In this document: one piece after another, positions 1 to 12,823 of the stretch
Position numbering within the stretch: position 1 is the first letter of the stretch
Layout: the number at the start of each line of letters is the position of its first letter
NCBI RefSeq assembly: GCF_006345805.1
Contig: NC_043007.1
Span: 34,286,001 to 34,350,000, forward strand
Source of the DNA: Octopus sinensis
Taxonomy: Eukaryota
Direction: 5' to 3'
Length of the DNA: 64,000 nucleotides
The notes under the pieces: generated by a model
Told to the model about the DNA's origin: nothing
Database searches by the model: none
Seen by the model: only the letters and a program-made list of their open reading frames with translations
Translations under genes and position numbers: made by a program

Positions 1-105
1 TATATATATAACGGGAAGATTTATGAAAATAAACAAAAGACGAAGGCAGGTGGAATACAAACAAACAATTGTATTAGTATGGCGCTCAGGAATATAAATA
101 AAACG

Positions 106-143
106 TCTTTTACGTTTCGAGCCTACGCTCTTCAACAGAAAGA
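106..143 (-). ncRNA. Variant minimal type I hammerhead-like motif in a Penelope-like terminal repeat
   Basis: Minus strand reads TCTTT-CTGTTGAA-GAGC gtag GCTC-GAAA-CG-TA-AAAGA, so stems I and II pair. The core deviates from CUGANGA (A6U plus an extra A). A related copy lies at 8551-8588. Confidence 0.45.
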
Positions 144-656
144 TACACAGAAAAGAAACACGGAGAGAAACAAGGAGAGAAATGCGTTCAGAAGCTAGCG
201 AATCAACATGGCGATCAACGATAGATAGGTAGATAGATACAAACATATGTAGTTAATCCAAACATGAAAACACAAAGAGAAAACACAACAACGCGAGGAC
301 GTGGAACAAGTATAGTGTTAGCTATATATATGTAGGTATGTACGTATCGTTGTAGATACATAGATGCACATGCACGAACACACAGCGATACAAACACAAA
401 CGTACACACATTTATGTTTGGGTGAAATGGCTGGAGAGATACGGAAAGAGAGAGATTGATTGATAGATACAAAGTATGACTGATGGCATTGCACCATAAA
501 GACCTATGTGTAATTCGAATTTGTCACCATGACGTATCCACGTGTATATTGGACGCAGGTCATGGAGTATAGATATTTAACTTCATTATGCATATAGATG
601 AGATTGTATGTACAGGTGCCTACATGCTAGGTAAAAAATATATAGATAGAAAGATA

Positions 657-712
<56 letters not shown>

Positions 713-817
713 TATATACAAACATATACATAAATACATTCATATATATAGGGAAATCGATGGTACATAGAAAGATAAATATTTATGTATGTATTAAACC
801 ATCTATAAGTATTATAT

Positions 818-850
<33 letters not shown>

Positions 851-881
851 TATATATGTATGTATGTATGTATGTATATTG

Positions 882-915
<34 letters not shown>

Positions 916-1084
916 TACATATAATATATATATATAGTGTTGGTGTTGGGTGTGTTGTATACATATAATATGCATATAATAGTGTATATATATATTACAT
1001 ATATATGTATATATACCTATGTATTTATATATCTATATATGTATATATAGCTATATATATGTGTATATATACCATATATATAAT

Positions 1085-1130
<46 letters not shown>

Positions 1131-1358
1131 TATAGATGGATATATTATTAAACATATATACGCATATATACACATGTACCTATGTGTACATATATCAACA
1201 AGCGGGGCACACGTGCCTCTGTGTGTGTGTGTATCTTTCAGCATTTCTTACATATGTAATGGCATGTATCTATATTTATTTGTATCTATATACATACATA
1301 TATATAAGTATATATATATATATATATACTTATATATATAGACATATATGTGTATATG

Positions 1359-1453
<95 letters not shown>

Positions 1454-1542
1454 GTGTGAATACCTAAATTTATTTACGTATGCGTACATTTAAGTAAGTA
1501 CGTAATATATGCATGTAAACACATTAATAATGTATTCTGCAG

Positions 1543-1675
1543 CTGCGTGTTTGTGTGCAATATTATTGAAAGTTGCTTCTCTTGCCATGCATTTTTCAAA
1601 GGGAGATTCTGATGTATTTGATCTTCTGCACTGTTGTATATTACCGTTAATATATCGACTTGCAATCAATGTTAG
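1543..1675 (+). CDS. Possible isolated coding exon (unidentified)
   Basis: ttctgcag acceptor and AG|gtgat donor. One open frame of 133 nt: ACLCAILLKVASLAMHFSKGDSDVFDLLHCCILPLIYRLAINV. No recognised homology. Confidence 0.25.
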
Positions 1676-1712
1676 GTGATACACACGTACTCACTCACAT
1701 ACATACGTCGAA

Positions 1713-1742
<30 letters not shown>

Positions 1743-1746
<4 letters not shown>

Positions 1747-1851
1747 CAGTCAAAGAGTTATGGCTGTTCTTTCTACTGAAAAGGGAGATCTCAATAAAAT
1801 TGAGATCTCCCTTTTAAGTAGAAAGAATAGCCATAACTTTTTGACTGCTAT
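1743..1851. repeat. Near-perfect hairpin, 53 bp arms with 3 nt loop
   Basis: Three mismatches. The right arm and its flank resemble the repeat family at 41666-41970. Confidence 0.95.
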
Positions 1852-2240
1852 TTCTAAATTCGGTGTGTGGTGAGGCAAATCGTTGCTAAACCCTTAATTA
1901 CTTAGTATTACTTAAACCTTCCTTGAATCTACTTGGTGAAATTAATGATTATTCCAAATTAATTAATTTCACCCTATATTATTAATGATATATATATAAT
2001 GAAATTATTGTATACAGAGCTCAGGTGCACCACAACTTGTCAAAAGTGCGTATAAAGCATATGCAGTAATGTAAAAATGTCTGGAAAGTGAACAGTGTAT
2101 GAGTCAGATACACACACGTGTGTGTGTGTGTGTGGTGTGTAAGGAGGCATGAAAGTACATATATATGCATATATACATATTGAGAAAGATGGTTATATAT
2201 ATGTGGGTGTGTGTCTGTGTAAATAGATAGATAGATAGAC

Positions 2241-2291
<51 letters not shown>

Positions 2292-2378
2292 CAAATTTCA
2301 GTAGATATGTCTAATTCTACTTCGTTACGTGCACTCACACACAAGGCAAAGCATACGCAGTTGGAAACAAACACACAA

Positions 2379-2413
<35 letters not shown>

Positions 2414-2426
2414 TATATATGTCTGT

Positions 2427-2521
<95 letters not shown>

Positions 2522-3188
2522 AGTGTGCGCGTGAATGCGTATATAGAGTGAGACAGACGGATACATACATACACATATAAATACATACACACACAGCTAG
2601 ATACATATATACTTACATATATACATACACGTTAAGTTACACATGCATATACGTATGTGTATGTGCGTGTGTATGTGTGTGCACGTGTACTTTGTCTGCC
2701 AAAATTCCAGCAGAAGACATCACGTCACATAATGCGATACAGAACATTAATCTTGCCTTCTTTCCTTTCTCTACACATTCACCTACTTCTAAAAACATAT
2801 AACGTACTGAAAAAGAGCTCCATATCGAAATATCAATGACACGTCCATTTTCTCCATCTCCGATTGAGCGTGAAACTAATAAATACATCGTGTGCAATTT
2901 ATCTCGTGTGATGTTTTGCTAGTCGTTAATTTTGAACATATGCACGCTCGCATACACACAGTCATATCATACACGTAAAATGTGTGTGTGTTCGTATAAC
3001 TTCACTAAATTAGAACCTACTTCCTACACTATATGTGCGTGTGTTTTTGCATATATATATATGCGCGTATATATGTAGATAGATAGATATATATGTAAAT
3101 ATAAGTATATATATATATATATGTAAATATAAGTATACATATACATATATTGTTTTATGTAATTATAAGTATACATATAGCTATATAA

Positions 3189-3250
<62 letters not shown>

Positions 3251-3399
3251 ATACATATAAATATATATGTATGTATGTATGTATGTATATATATGTACGT
3301 TATGTATATATATTTTTTATTCAGAACCAAGCACGAAAGAACAGTTGTGGAAATGAAATGATGATATATATGTGTGTGCGTGTTTGTGTGTGTGTGTAT

Positions 3400-3463
<64 letters not shown>

Positions 3464-3784
3464 ATGTATATATACACACACATAAACACAGACGTACACA
3501 CACAAATATATTCTTTAATTCTTTTACTTTTTAGTTATTTGACTGCGGCTAAGCTGGAGCACCACCTTTAGTCCAACAAATCGACCCCGTAAGTTGCATC
3601 AAATTTTAATGATTCCCTTCCATATTTTTATTTTTACCCATTAATTAGGTTTTAAGCGCATCTCTCCTAATTATTTCGAAATTTATCTCAATTTCCAAAC
3701 CTAAAGGAATGTAGGTTATCCTTTCTCTAGAATATTTTACATTTAAGGGTACTCTTTTTAACTGAGGACCCAGATTCAAAATTT

Positions 3785-5090
3785 CAGCCCGAGCTCCATT
3801 GTGATCTCAGCACTGAACTATATACCTATTTCTTTATTACCCACAAGGGGCCAAACACAGAGAGGGCAAACAAGGACAGACAAACGGATTAAGTCAATTA
3901 TATTTCGACCCCAGTGCGTAACTGGTACTTAATTTATCGACCCCGAAAGGATGAAAGGCAAAGTCGACCTCGGCGGAATTTGAACTCAGAACATTACGGC
4001 AGACGAAATACGGCTACGCATTTCGCCCGGTGTGCTAACGTTTCTGCCAGCTCGCACTGAACTATATACCGTATCAACGAGGGAACTGACTTGGGATTCA
4101 TCTCCATCATAAACTTTGAGGTCATCCATAAATAACAAGTGGTTGACTCTTTGTCGGCGGCTCTTGAATACTTACCCAGCCTTTGTTTTCCTCAGAGTCA
4201 GTGTTAGTGTTATCATGCACAATACAAAGATCAGTGGAGACAGGCAATCCCCTTGGGAGATGCCTCTTCTAATTTCTACAAAGATCAGTGGAGACAGGCA
4301 GTCTCCTTGGGAGATGCCTCTCCTAATTTCTAATGCTGTCAATTCCGTCCTCCACTTCACCATACTTTTTCCAAGCAATCGCTAAATATTCGATGCAATA
4401 CCAAATAGCCTCATACATTTCATAATCCAAGGATGTGGGATCGTATCGTACGCCTTACGATAATCGATACATGACATGGCTAAGCTAGTTTTCCTCCTCT
4501 TGCTGTCTCTAAGTACAGTTTTGTCTGTCTGGAGTTGGCCTTGGTACCTCTGCACTTACGCTTGCAACCCTTCTGCTCATGTGGCAGGACTCTGTGAGTA
4601 TTCCAGTCAATAATTTCCACATAAGTGGCAAGCAGGATATCGACCTGTAATTATCTACCGTATTGTCTTTTTCGATGTTTTGCAAGCACAGCACTGTACT
4701 AGCCATTGTCAACGATTCTGATGTTCCTTGTTCGGCATTTAACAAGGTCTTGAGTTGTGCAGCTATTCATGCCTGACATTCGCCAAATCTTTTGATCCAG
4801 TAGCTTTAAACTCCATCTGATCCCGGGGCCTTCTAGTTGCTCTTTTATTTATTTTTATTTTTTTGTTTTTTGTTTTTTGGGGGTTTTTTTGGGGGGGGAG
4901 TGATTTCCTTCACTTCTCTAACTGAAATGACTGATTCTGTCTGTTTTGGACAGACTACTGTTTGTTTCAGTTCTTGCAACCATTCAGCATCCTTCTTGTG
5001 CTCCTTTTCTTTGCTCCAGATGTTACTCCTATCCCTTTGACTTTCAATGTTTTCTCGTATCAAATTTTCGTACTCTACGCTCTCCATTTA
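3785..5090 (-). mobile_element. Decayed R4/Dong-like non-LTR retrotransposon RT fragment
   Basis: Minus-strand peptides NYRSISCLPLMWKLLTGIL, IRRGISQGDCLSPLIF, VNHLLFMDDLKVY and FSAEITMELGLK (the last restored across a frameshift). Internal 54 bp tandem duplication at 4223-4330. Confidence 0.85.
3827..4055 (-). mobile_element. SINE family B monomer inserted into the LINE fragment
   Basis: Head GCGAGCTGGCAGAAACGTTAGC and body GTCGACTTTGCCTTTCATCC. TSD of 15-17 bp (gcactgaactatatacc) at 3810-3826 and 4054-4070. Confidence 0.9.
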
Positions 5091-5149
5091 TTTCTTTATA
5101 GAATCTCTTCTGATCTACTCTGAATAACCTATTCTACTGGCATCCACGA

Positions 5150-5204
5150 CGATCATGTTGACGACGACGACGGCGACGGTGACGGCGATGGCAATGGGGA
5201 TAAT

Positions 5205-5241
<37 letters not shown>

Positions 5242-5427
5242 AATGATGATGATGATGATGATGACGATATTGATGATGATGATGATGATGATGACGACGA
5301 TGACGATGACGATGATGATGATGATGATGACGATGTTGATTTGATGATGATGATGATGATGATGACGATGTTGATTTGATGATGATGATGACGACGATGA
5401 TGATGATGATGATGATGACGATGTTGA

Positions 5428-5458
<31 letters not shown>

Positions 5459-5474
5459 ACGACGACGATGTTGA

Positions 5475-5509
<35 letters not shown>

Positions 5510-5610
5510 CGATGATGATGATGATGATGATGATGATTACGACGATGACGATGACGTCGATGATGATGATGATGATGACGCCGACACCAACGGCGACTAT
5601 GATGATGAAT
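5150..5610. repeat. Compound (GAT/GAC)n microsatellite
   Basis: Direct reading. A recurring gttgattt interruption gives it higher-order structure. Confidence 0.97.
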
Positions 5611-5848
5611 AAATATATAGTGATGACGAAAGTAACTAGAAATCACAAACATAATAACCCCGCTTTGGTTCTCCCGCTAATATATTTATTTATTTCATTA
5701 TATATTTTTCATTTTATTTCTTGTTTATTCACGGACTTACTTCACGCATTTAACTGCACTGAATAGCCGTCACATTCTGACAATTCTGACTGACACCTCT
5801 CCGCTATGAAAATTGTTCAGGCATAGTCTTTCAGCCACCGAATTCTCT

Positions 5849-5944
<96 letters not shown>

Positions 5945-6280
5945 TAAAAAATGGAGTTAACGCAGGTTTAAACAAGTATTTTTACTTTCGACACATGTTT
6001 CGAAAATTCCACTGATACTATTCAAAAGAATAAATGGTATAAACAATGCAATCTTCTCTTCGGGAAAGTGAAAAAAACGAAACTCGTCAATACGACATTT
6101 TAGCAAAAAATGATGGATTTGTATAGCGATAGACAGAACGCTATTAATATTGTTTAAAAAAACGTTATATGAAAGGTAAAATACACTCATCTATTTATAT
6201 ATATATATATATATTATATATATATATAAGAAATACTAAATTTCTAAATCTCTCGTAGAGACATGTACGGTGGTGGGGCG

Positions 6281-6537
6281 ATAGAATGGTTGTATACTGT
6301 CAATCTAACATGAACGTGACAGTAGGGGGGGATACATCACCGCTGTATAGCCCTAGGAAGCATCGACGCCTCCTGATGGCTTTGACACATTTTCCCCTGT
6401 ATATAATGTATATAAGGACACAGGGGAAAATGTGTTAAAGCCATCAGGAGGCGTCGATGCTTCCTAGGGCTATACAGCGGTGGTGTACCCCCCTACTGTC
6501 ACGTTCGTGTTAGATTGACAGTATACAACCATTCTAT
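6281..6537. repeat. Long inverted repeat, 120/118 bp arms with 19 nt spacer
   Basis: Arms differ by 3 transitions and one 2 nt indel. Confidence 0.95.
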
Positions 6538-6618
6538 ATATATATATACATATATGTGGGGAGGGTGTTTATGTGGGCTTGTGTGTGTGAGTTTGTGTTT
6601 GAATCTCTTAGCTTTCAT

Positions 6619-6917
6619 ATTTTACTTGCTTCAGTGATTAGACTGTGGCCATGCTGGACATCGACTTGGACAAGATTTAGTTCAATGAATCGACCCTCAG
6701 CGCTTATTTTTTGGTTAAGCCTGGTATTTATTCTAGCAATCTCTTTTGCTGAACCGCTATGTTTCGGGGACTTAAACACACCAACACCGGTTGTAAAGCG
6801 GTTGTGGGGGACAAGCATAGACACAAAGACACATACATACATACATACATACATACATACATACATACATGCATACACACATACATACATACATACATAC
6901 ATACATACATACATACA

Positions 6918-6953
<36 letters not shown>

Positions 6954-7141
6954 TACATACATACATATACACACACACACACACACACACATCGATGGGC
7001 TTATTTCAGTTTCCATCTACAAGGCTTTGATCGGCCGGAATCTATAGTTGAAGACACTTGCCCAAGAAGGTACCACACAGTGGGACTGAACCTGGAGCCG
7101 TGTGGTTGGGAAGCAAGATTCTTACCACACAGCCATGCCTG
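6619..7141 (-). mobile_element. SINE family A (tRNA-derived, CORE-like) with internal (CATA)n
   Basis: Matches the family consensus: head, CTTGGGCAAGTGTCTTC CORE-like block, and GAAACAAGTAAAA tail. Confidence 0.9.
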
Positions 7142-7177
7142 TATGCATGAATGTATGTATGCACGTATGTATGTATG

Positions 7178-7211
<34 letters not shown>

Positions 7212-7561
7212 CGTATGTATGTATGTATGTATATATGTATGTATGTATGTGTATGTATGTATGTGTATGTATGTATGTGTATGTATGTATGTATGTATGT
7301 ATATATGTATGTATGTATGTGTATGTATGTATGTATGTATGTGTATGTATGTATGTATATATGTATGTATGTATGTGTGTATATGTATGTCTGCATGCAT
7401 GTATGTATGTACGTATGTGTATGTATGTATGTATGTATGTATGCATGTATGTATGTATGTATGTATGTGTATGTATGTATGTATGCATGTGTATGTATGT
7501 ATGTATGCATGTATGTATGTATGTATGTATGTGTGTATGTATGTATGTATGTGTATGCATG

Positions 7562-7595
<34 letters not shown>

Positions 7596-7625
7596 TGTAT
7601 GTATGTATGTATGTATGAATGTATG
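7140..7625. repeat. (TATG)n microsatellite, about 480 bp
   Basis: Direct reading. It is the source of the MYVC/HTYI artefact ORFs. Confidence 0.97.
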
Positions 7626-8161
7626 ACTGTATGTGTAGATTTTCATAGCCGATTCCATAATATTCCCATTTTATTTTTCTATATCCACATTCTTTACATA
7701 CTTGAGTATTTTCATAGTGTTTCACGCCTTACTGGCCAACAGCTTGACTGAGAAATCCTATAATTAACCACAACCAATAATCTTATCAGATCCACTTGAG
7801 ATAGCACACATTTCAATGCTCGTACCGGGGTACTGAGGAGAATGAAGCAAGACTGATTTTCATAGAGCAATCATCTTGGCAACCAAATACATAGATGCCT
7901 CTGTCTGTGTATTTGTGTGTGTGATAAAGTGCCTATTGTATATGTATATATATATATGAATATATATATATGCATATACATATGTGTGCGTATTCATGTA
8001 TGTGTATATGTGTATGTGTATGTATGTATATATATGCATGCATATATATGTATGTATATATATATATGCATATATATATATATATATACACACATACATA
8101 TATATATATAAACACATACATACATATATATATATGTATGTATGTGTTTATATATATATGC

Positions 8162-8198
<37 letters not shown>

Positions 8199-8550
8199 TA
8201 TATGCGTGTGTTTATATACATATATGCATATACATATATACATACATATATATACATGCATATATATACATACATACACATACACATATACACATACATG
8301 AATACGCACACATATGTATATGCATATATATATTCATATATATATATATGTATGTATGTATGCATGTATGTATAATTTGGTACACGTAAATATATACACA
8401 TAATTATACAGACATAAATATAACCACCGCTGAGCTCTACACTGATTTTTCTCTATCCGATTTTTTTCTTTTTTGTTTTTGTCTTTTGTTTTTTTTTTTG
8501 GCTTGCTTTTTTTGTTTTTATACATTCTCTCTCCATTTTTTCCCTTTTAT

Positions 8551-8588
8551 TCTTTCTGTCGAGGAGCGTAGGCTCGAATCGTAAAAGA
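8551..8588 (+). ncRNA. Decayed copy of the variant hammerhead-like motif
   Basis: TCTTT-CTGTCGAG-GAGC gtag GCTC-GAAT-CG-TA-AAAGA. GAAA has become GAAT. Confidence 0.35.
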
Positions 8589-8811
8589 TGTTTCCATTTT
8601 TCCCAAGCGTCAAATTAATACACCTGCTTGTTGTTCCTTCACCTGTATACATAGTAACCGATTAAGGGATAAAATATCCGTACATACTCTTGGTATATAC
8701 TCTAAAATATCCGTATATACTCTTGGTATTATCCACGAGCAATGGTGTGCAGGCACACCATAAACGTAGAGTGTTGATAACAACAGATTAAACAAGAGTT
8801 TATCTTGAACC

Positions 8812-9476
8812 AATGCAAATAATTAGAAAATGGAGAAAACCACAGATTAACGAACACATCGATTGGGCCACATTTATAGGTTACTTTTAAATACAAAGCA
8901 TGACATAACAAAATAGGTGACGTAATATATCTTACGGCCGTTTCTGATCGGATTGCCAAAATACGGTCTACACAAAAATGCGAGAATAAAATTCTTCATC
9001 TTCATGGGACATTCGAATTAAGGCAACGGATTTTCATCAGAGTGAAAAACAAGAGTATACAATATAAACAAGAAGAAGAAGAAAGAGGAAAGAAAACATG
9101 GCTTAGACAAATAGTCTAGAAGCCCAATATGTTAAGAGCAAATAATTAATTACCATCAGGGCTACAGGTTCGGTAGGTAAAGGAATGAGCTAGTTAAGGA
9201 CCTCTTCCTTCTTCCTTTTGTTTATATTGTATGCTCTTGTTTTTCAATCTGATGGAGATCCGTTGCCTTATTTCGAGTGCCCTATGAAGATAAGAATTTT
9301 ATTCTCGCATTTATGTATAAACTGAATTTTGGCAATCCGATCAGTAACGGCCGTAAGATATGTTACGTCACCTATTTTGTTATATCATGCTTGGTATTAA
9401 AAAATAAGCTATAAATGTGGTTTAATCGATGTGTTGGTTAATCCGTGGTTTTCTCCATTTTCTAATTATTTGCATT
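8812..9476. repeat. Diverged inverted repeat with about 277 bp arms (8812-9088 / 9200-9476), PLE terminal-repeat-like
   Basis: Alignable reverse-complement arms containing an (A)AACGGCCGTA motif. Confidence 0.85.
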
Positions 9477-9505
9477 TATATATATATAAATGAGTAACAA
9501 AGATG

Positions 9506-9755
9506 TACAGGTGTCAATTCATGACGGCCGTTTCAGACGACTCCTTTAATTGATTAATTAAAACATTACATCATTTGAAAGAAATCGTTCACAGCATAGG
9601 TTTCAGTCATGAAGGATACAACCATTTCCTTAGCATATTCACATTAATAACGAAACTCAAAATATTTACATTGTTTCTTTTGACATATCTGTGGCAGAAT
9701 TCATTAATCAATTAAAGGAGTCACTTGAAACGGCCGTAATGAATTGACACCTGCA
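9506..9755. repeat. Inverted repeat with about 53 bp arms, PLE-like (GAAACGGCCGTA)
   Basis: tacaggtgtcaattcatgacggccgtttc versus gaaacggccgtaatgaattgacacctgca. Confidence 0.8.
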
Positions 9756-10008
9756 CTCATTAATATTTTAATCACCTAAGTTGGAATCTGTATTTCGGAA
9801 ATACTATAGAAAGGACCTTTATAAAAAAAGTACATGTCTGAATTAGCAAGAGCGGATGTCTTCAGTTAGGTTACGTTGTCTGTACACACGGCAGGAATAT
9901 AAGGTAAACATAAACCTGCACGGAGTTTTGATATTCAATATTCAATTAATATTGTTTGACATAGCAATGTGCGTCAATTTAGACACCTAATTCAACGGAA
10001 TCTTAATC

Positions 10009-10081
<73 letters not shown>

Positions 10082-10139
10082 CATATACACATATGTACAG
10101 ACATATATATATATTAAATATATATATATAAAGGAATAC

Positions 10140-10860
10140 AGATGATACAAAAAGGGAGACAAGAAAAACAAGGACGGGTCATTCCTAGTTTTCTTTCCTC
10201 AGTCGAGTTCCAGATTATCGTTGCAATTTCGGCTGCTTGTACTCTAGATTGCTCCAATCTGGTCAGCCGCAAGGAAAACCTAAGCGAAGAGCACTAGATT
10301 CCTTGGAAGAAAGCAGCGAATGTATACGAAAGCAAGGACGGAAAAGAAACGGAGAAATGCTACACTAATACAAATGCAAATAACAGGACATTAACAACAG
10401 GTGTCTTTCGACTAAGGACGTCACGTATATAATACGGATACATTTATATATAAATACATACATACGCATATACATACATAGGCACACATACGTACATGCA
10501 TGTATACATATATATATATATATGTAATACAAAATGGGATAAGAACGCAAAACATCCAGACAGTAAGGTGATACAAGAAAGGGACAACAAAACATCCAGA
10601 TAGACGATACAAAGAAAACAAAGACGGGTCATTCTATCCTCAGTCGAGTTCCAGATTATCTTTACAATTTCGGCTGGTTATACTCGAGATTGCTCGAGTC
10701 TGGCCAGCCCCAAAGAAAAACTAAGCTAAGAGCACTAGATTCCTTGGAAGAAAGCAGCGAATGTATATGAAAACAAGGACGAAAAAAAGGACGGAAAAAA
10801 CGGAGAAGGTTACACAAATCAAATAACAGGATATAACAACAGGTGTTTTTCGGCTAAAGA
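10140..10860. repeat. Two diverged direct copies (about 270 bp) of a PLE-like terminal repeat
   Basis: cctcagtcgagttccagattatc...agcactagattccttggaagaaagcagcgaatgtat occurs twice. A related fragment lies at 14945-15010. Confidence 0.7.
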
Positions 10861-11489
10861 CGAATTAAATTAAGCTGGCGTGTGTAGAAATAAGGCCTTA
10901 CGGCAGGGATACAATATTTCACAGGCACAGGGGATAATATAGACGTTGCACGGACAGCGGCCGAACCAAGAAAGAAAGGTCGGGCTTAGCTGAACACCGG
11001 TCTCGTGGAGAGAGAAGAGAGAGTTAGAGGCAGTGAGATAGAAGAATTAAGGAGGGGCGAGAAAAAAGTGAAAGGGACAGAGTGAAGTGAAAGAGGAGGA
11101 AAGGTGAGCATGAAGAGAAGGCCAGGAAATGTGAGAGACGGGGGGGGCGAAAAAACGAAGAGTGGAATGAATGAAGTGTGAAGGGGCTGATAGTAAGAAT
11201 AAAAGAATAAAAGAATAAAAGAAAAAAAGAAAAAAAAGAAGAAAAGAAGAAAAGAAGAAGTACAAGATTTAGATAAATATATACTTACTCGCGCGCTTGT
11301 GTGTGTTTATGTGTGTGTGTGTGTGGAATGTAACAAACAAATAATTCTTATTGTTTACCAATATTTTCCAATGTTTCTACAGACAATACAGATTCCATGC
11401 CATAAGCATAGAATGACTTCACCCATAGACAGCTTGGCTTATAATATTTGTAGCTCAGACCTATTGTTAGTCAATTCTTGGGAAAAATA

Positions 11490-11729
11490 GTCGTCGTCGT
11501 CGTCATCGTGTTGGTGGTGTCGGTGCTGCATCGCTACCCCACCACCAGTCATCACCGTCATCGTCATCATAGTCGTCGTCGTTGTCATCGTTGCCAGCAT
11601 CTCCACTGCTTCCGCCACAAACCTTAGTTGCTCCACAACTGCCGTTATAATCTTCATCTTCTCTATCACCATCACCATCACCACCACCATCATCGTCATC
11701 GACATCACCATCACCATCACCAACATCAT

Positions 11730-11765
<36 letters not shown>

Positions 11766-12230
11766 CAACAGCAGCAGCAAGGCCGTCCTCAACACAATCA
11801 TCACCATCATCATCACCACCATCATCATCATCATGAACATCAATGCCATTGTCATCATCATCATCATCATCATTATCATCATCAACATCATCGTCATCAT
11901 CACCACCACCACCGTTGTCGTCGGCTACGGCGGCGGCATCATCGTCGTCGTTGTCATCGTCGCTGCCATCGGCATCATCATCATTATCAACATCATCTTC
12001 ATCGGCGTCGTCGTCGTCGGCGGTGACATTATCACCATCGTCGTCGTCGTCATTGTCATCGTCCTCGTCGTCGTCGCCATCGGCATCAGCATCATCGTCA
12101 TCATAATCAATATCATCATCATCCTCATCATCATCATCATTGTCATCATCATCATCATCAACGTTAACACCACCATGATCTATATCCGGAGCGTCACTAA
12201 CACCGTCGTCATCTCATGGTTCTTATCGGA
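11490..12230. repeat. Compound (CAT/CGT/CAC)n trinucleotide tract
   Basis: Direct reading. It yields poly-H, poly-D, poly-S and poly-I artefact ORFs in all frames. Confidence 0.95.
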
Positions 12231-12328
12231 GAACCCGCTTTAATATCAGATAGAACACACATCAATAGATGCCCTTTAGTCAGTGACATTGGTTTCTGAA
12301 ATGAATATATTTTTCTCTTTGATCACAG

Positions 12329-12491
12329 GTCAAAATCAGAGATTTCACAGGCGTCCAGATAACGCTTTAATTTTCGACAATACGTTTTGTTGCCAACAAG
12401 CCGCAAGCGGCAAAGCGCGCTGTCATTATTGGCAGATGTGTCGAAAGAACTGTATTTATGCCGAGCTGCGAATTCTAGCAAATTTTGCTTG
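12329..12491 (+). CDS. Possible isolated exon (unidentified)
   Basis: Strong tttttctctttgatcacag acceptor and TTG|gtatgt donor. One open frame of 163 nt (GQNQRFHRRPDNALIFDNTFCC...). No recognised homology. Confidence 0.25.
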
Positions 12492-12823
12492 GTATGTAGA
12501 CGTGAAATTAATTGATGACAAATAGATTAATTGGAACAGAAGAGAATATATGAAACAGAGCAACAACATAAAAAAAAGCAATGAATAAATAAATAAATAA
12601 ATAAATAAAAAGCTAAATAAATAAATAAGAATATAGAGGCGGTTCGAAAACATTGTGTTGAAAACATTGTGAAGAGACTACTACTAACTACTTCTATTCA
12701 GGAGGAGGAGGAGGAGGAAGGGGAGGAAGAGGTTGATGACGACAACAAGTTCAAAAAGATATTTGTTGTAGGTACGTGTTTCACTTTAGTATGTTTCTCA
12801 CATTTTTACATCTTATACATGGA

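Noticed and set aside
5134-5766. Poly-D, poly-H and poly-M ORFs (also 11439-12243 and 49846-51120)
   Set aside because: Trinucleotide tracts open in most frames, with no splice or homology support.
6759-7751. Longest ORF (330 aa) and the many YI/HT/CV/MYVC ORFs
   Set aside because: They are translations of stop-free (TA)n, (CA)n and (CATA)n microsatellites and SINE A, open in several frames at once.
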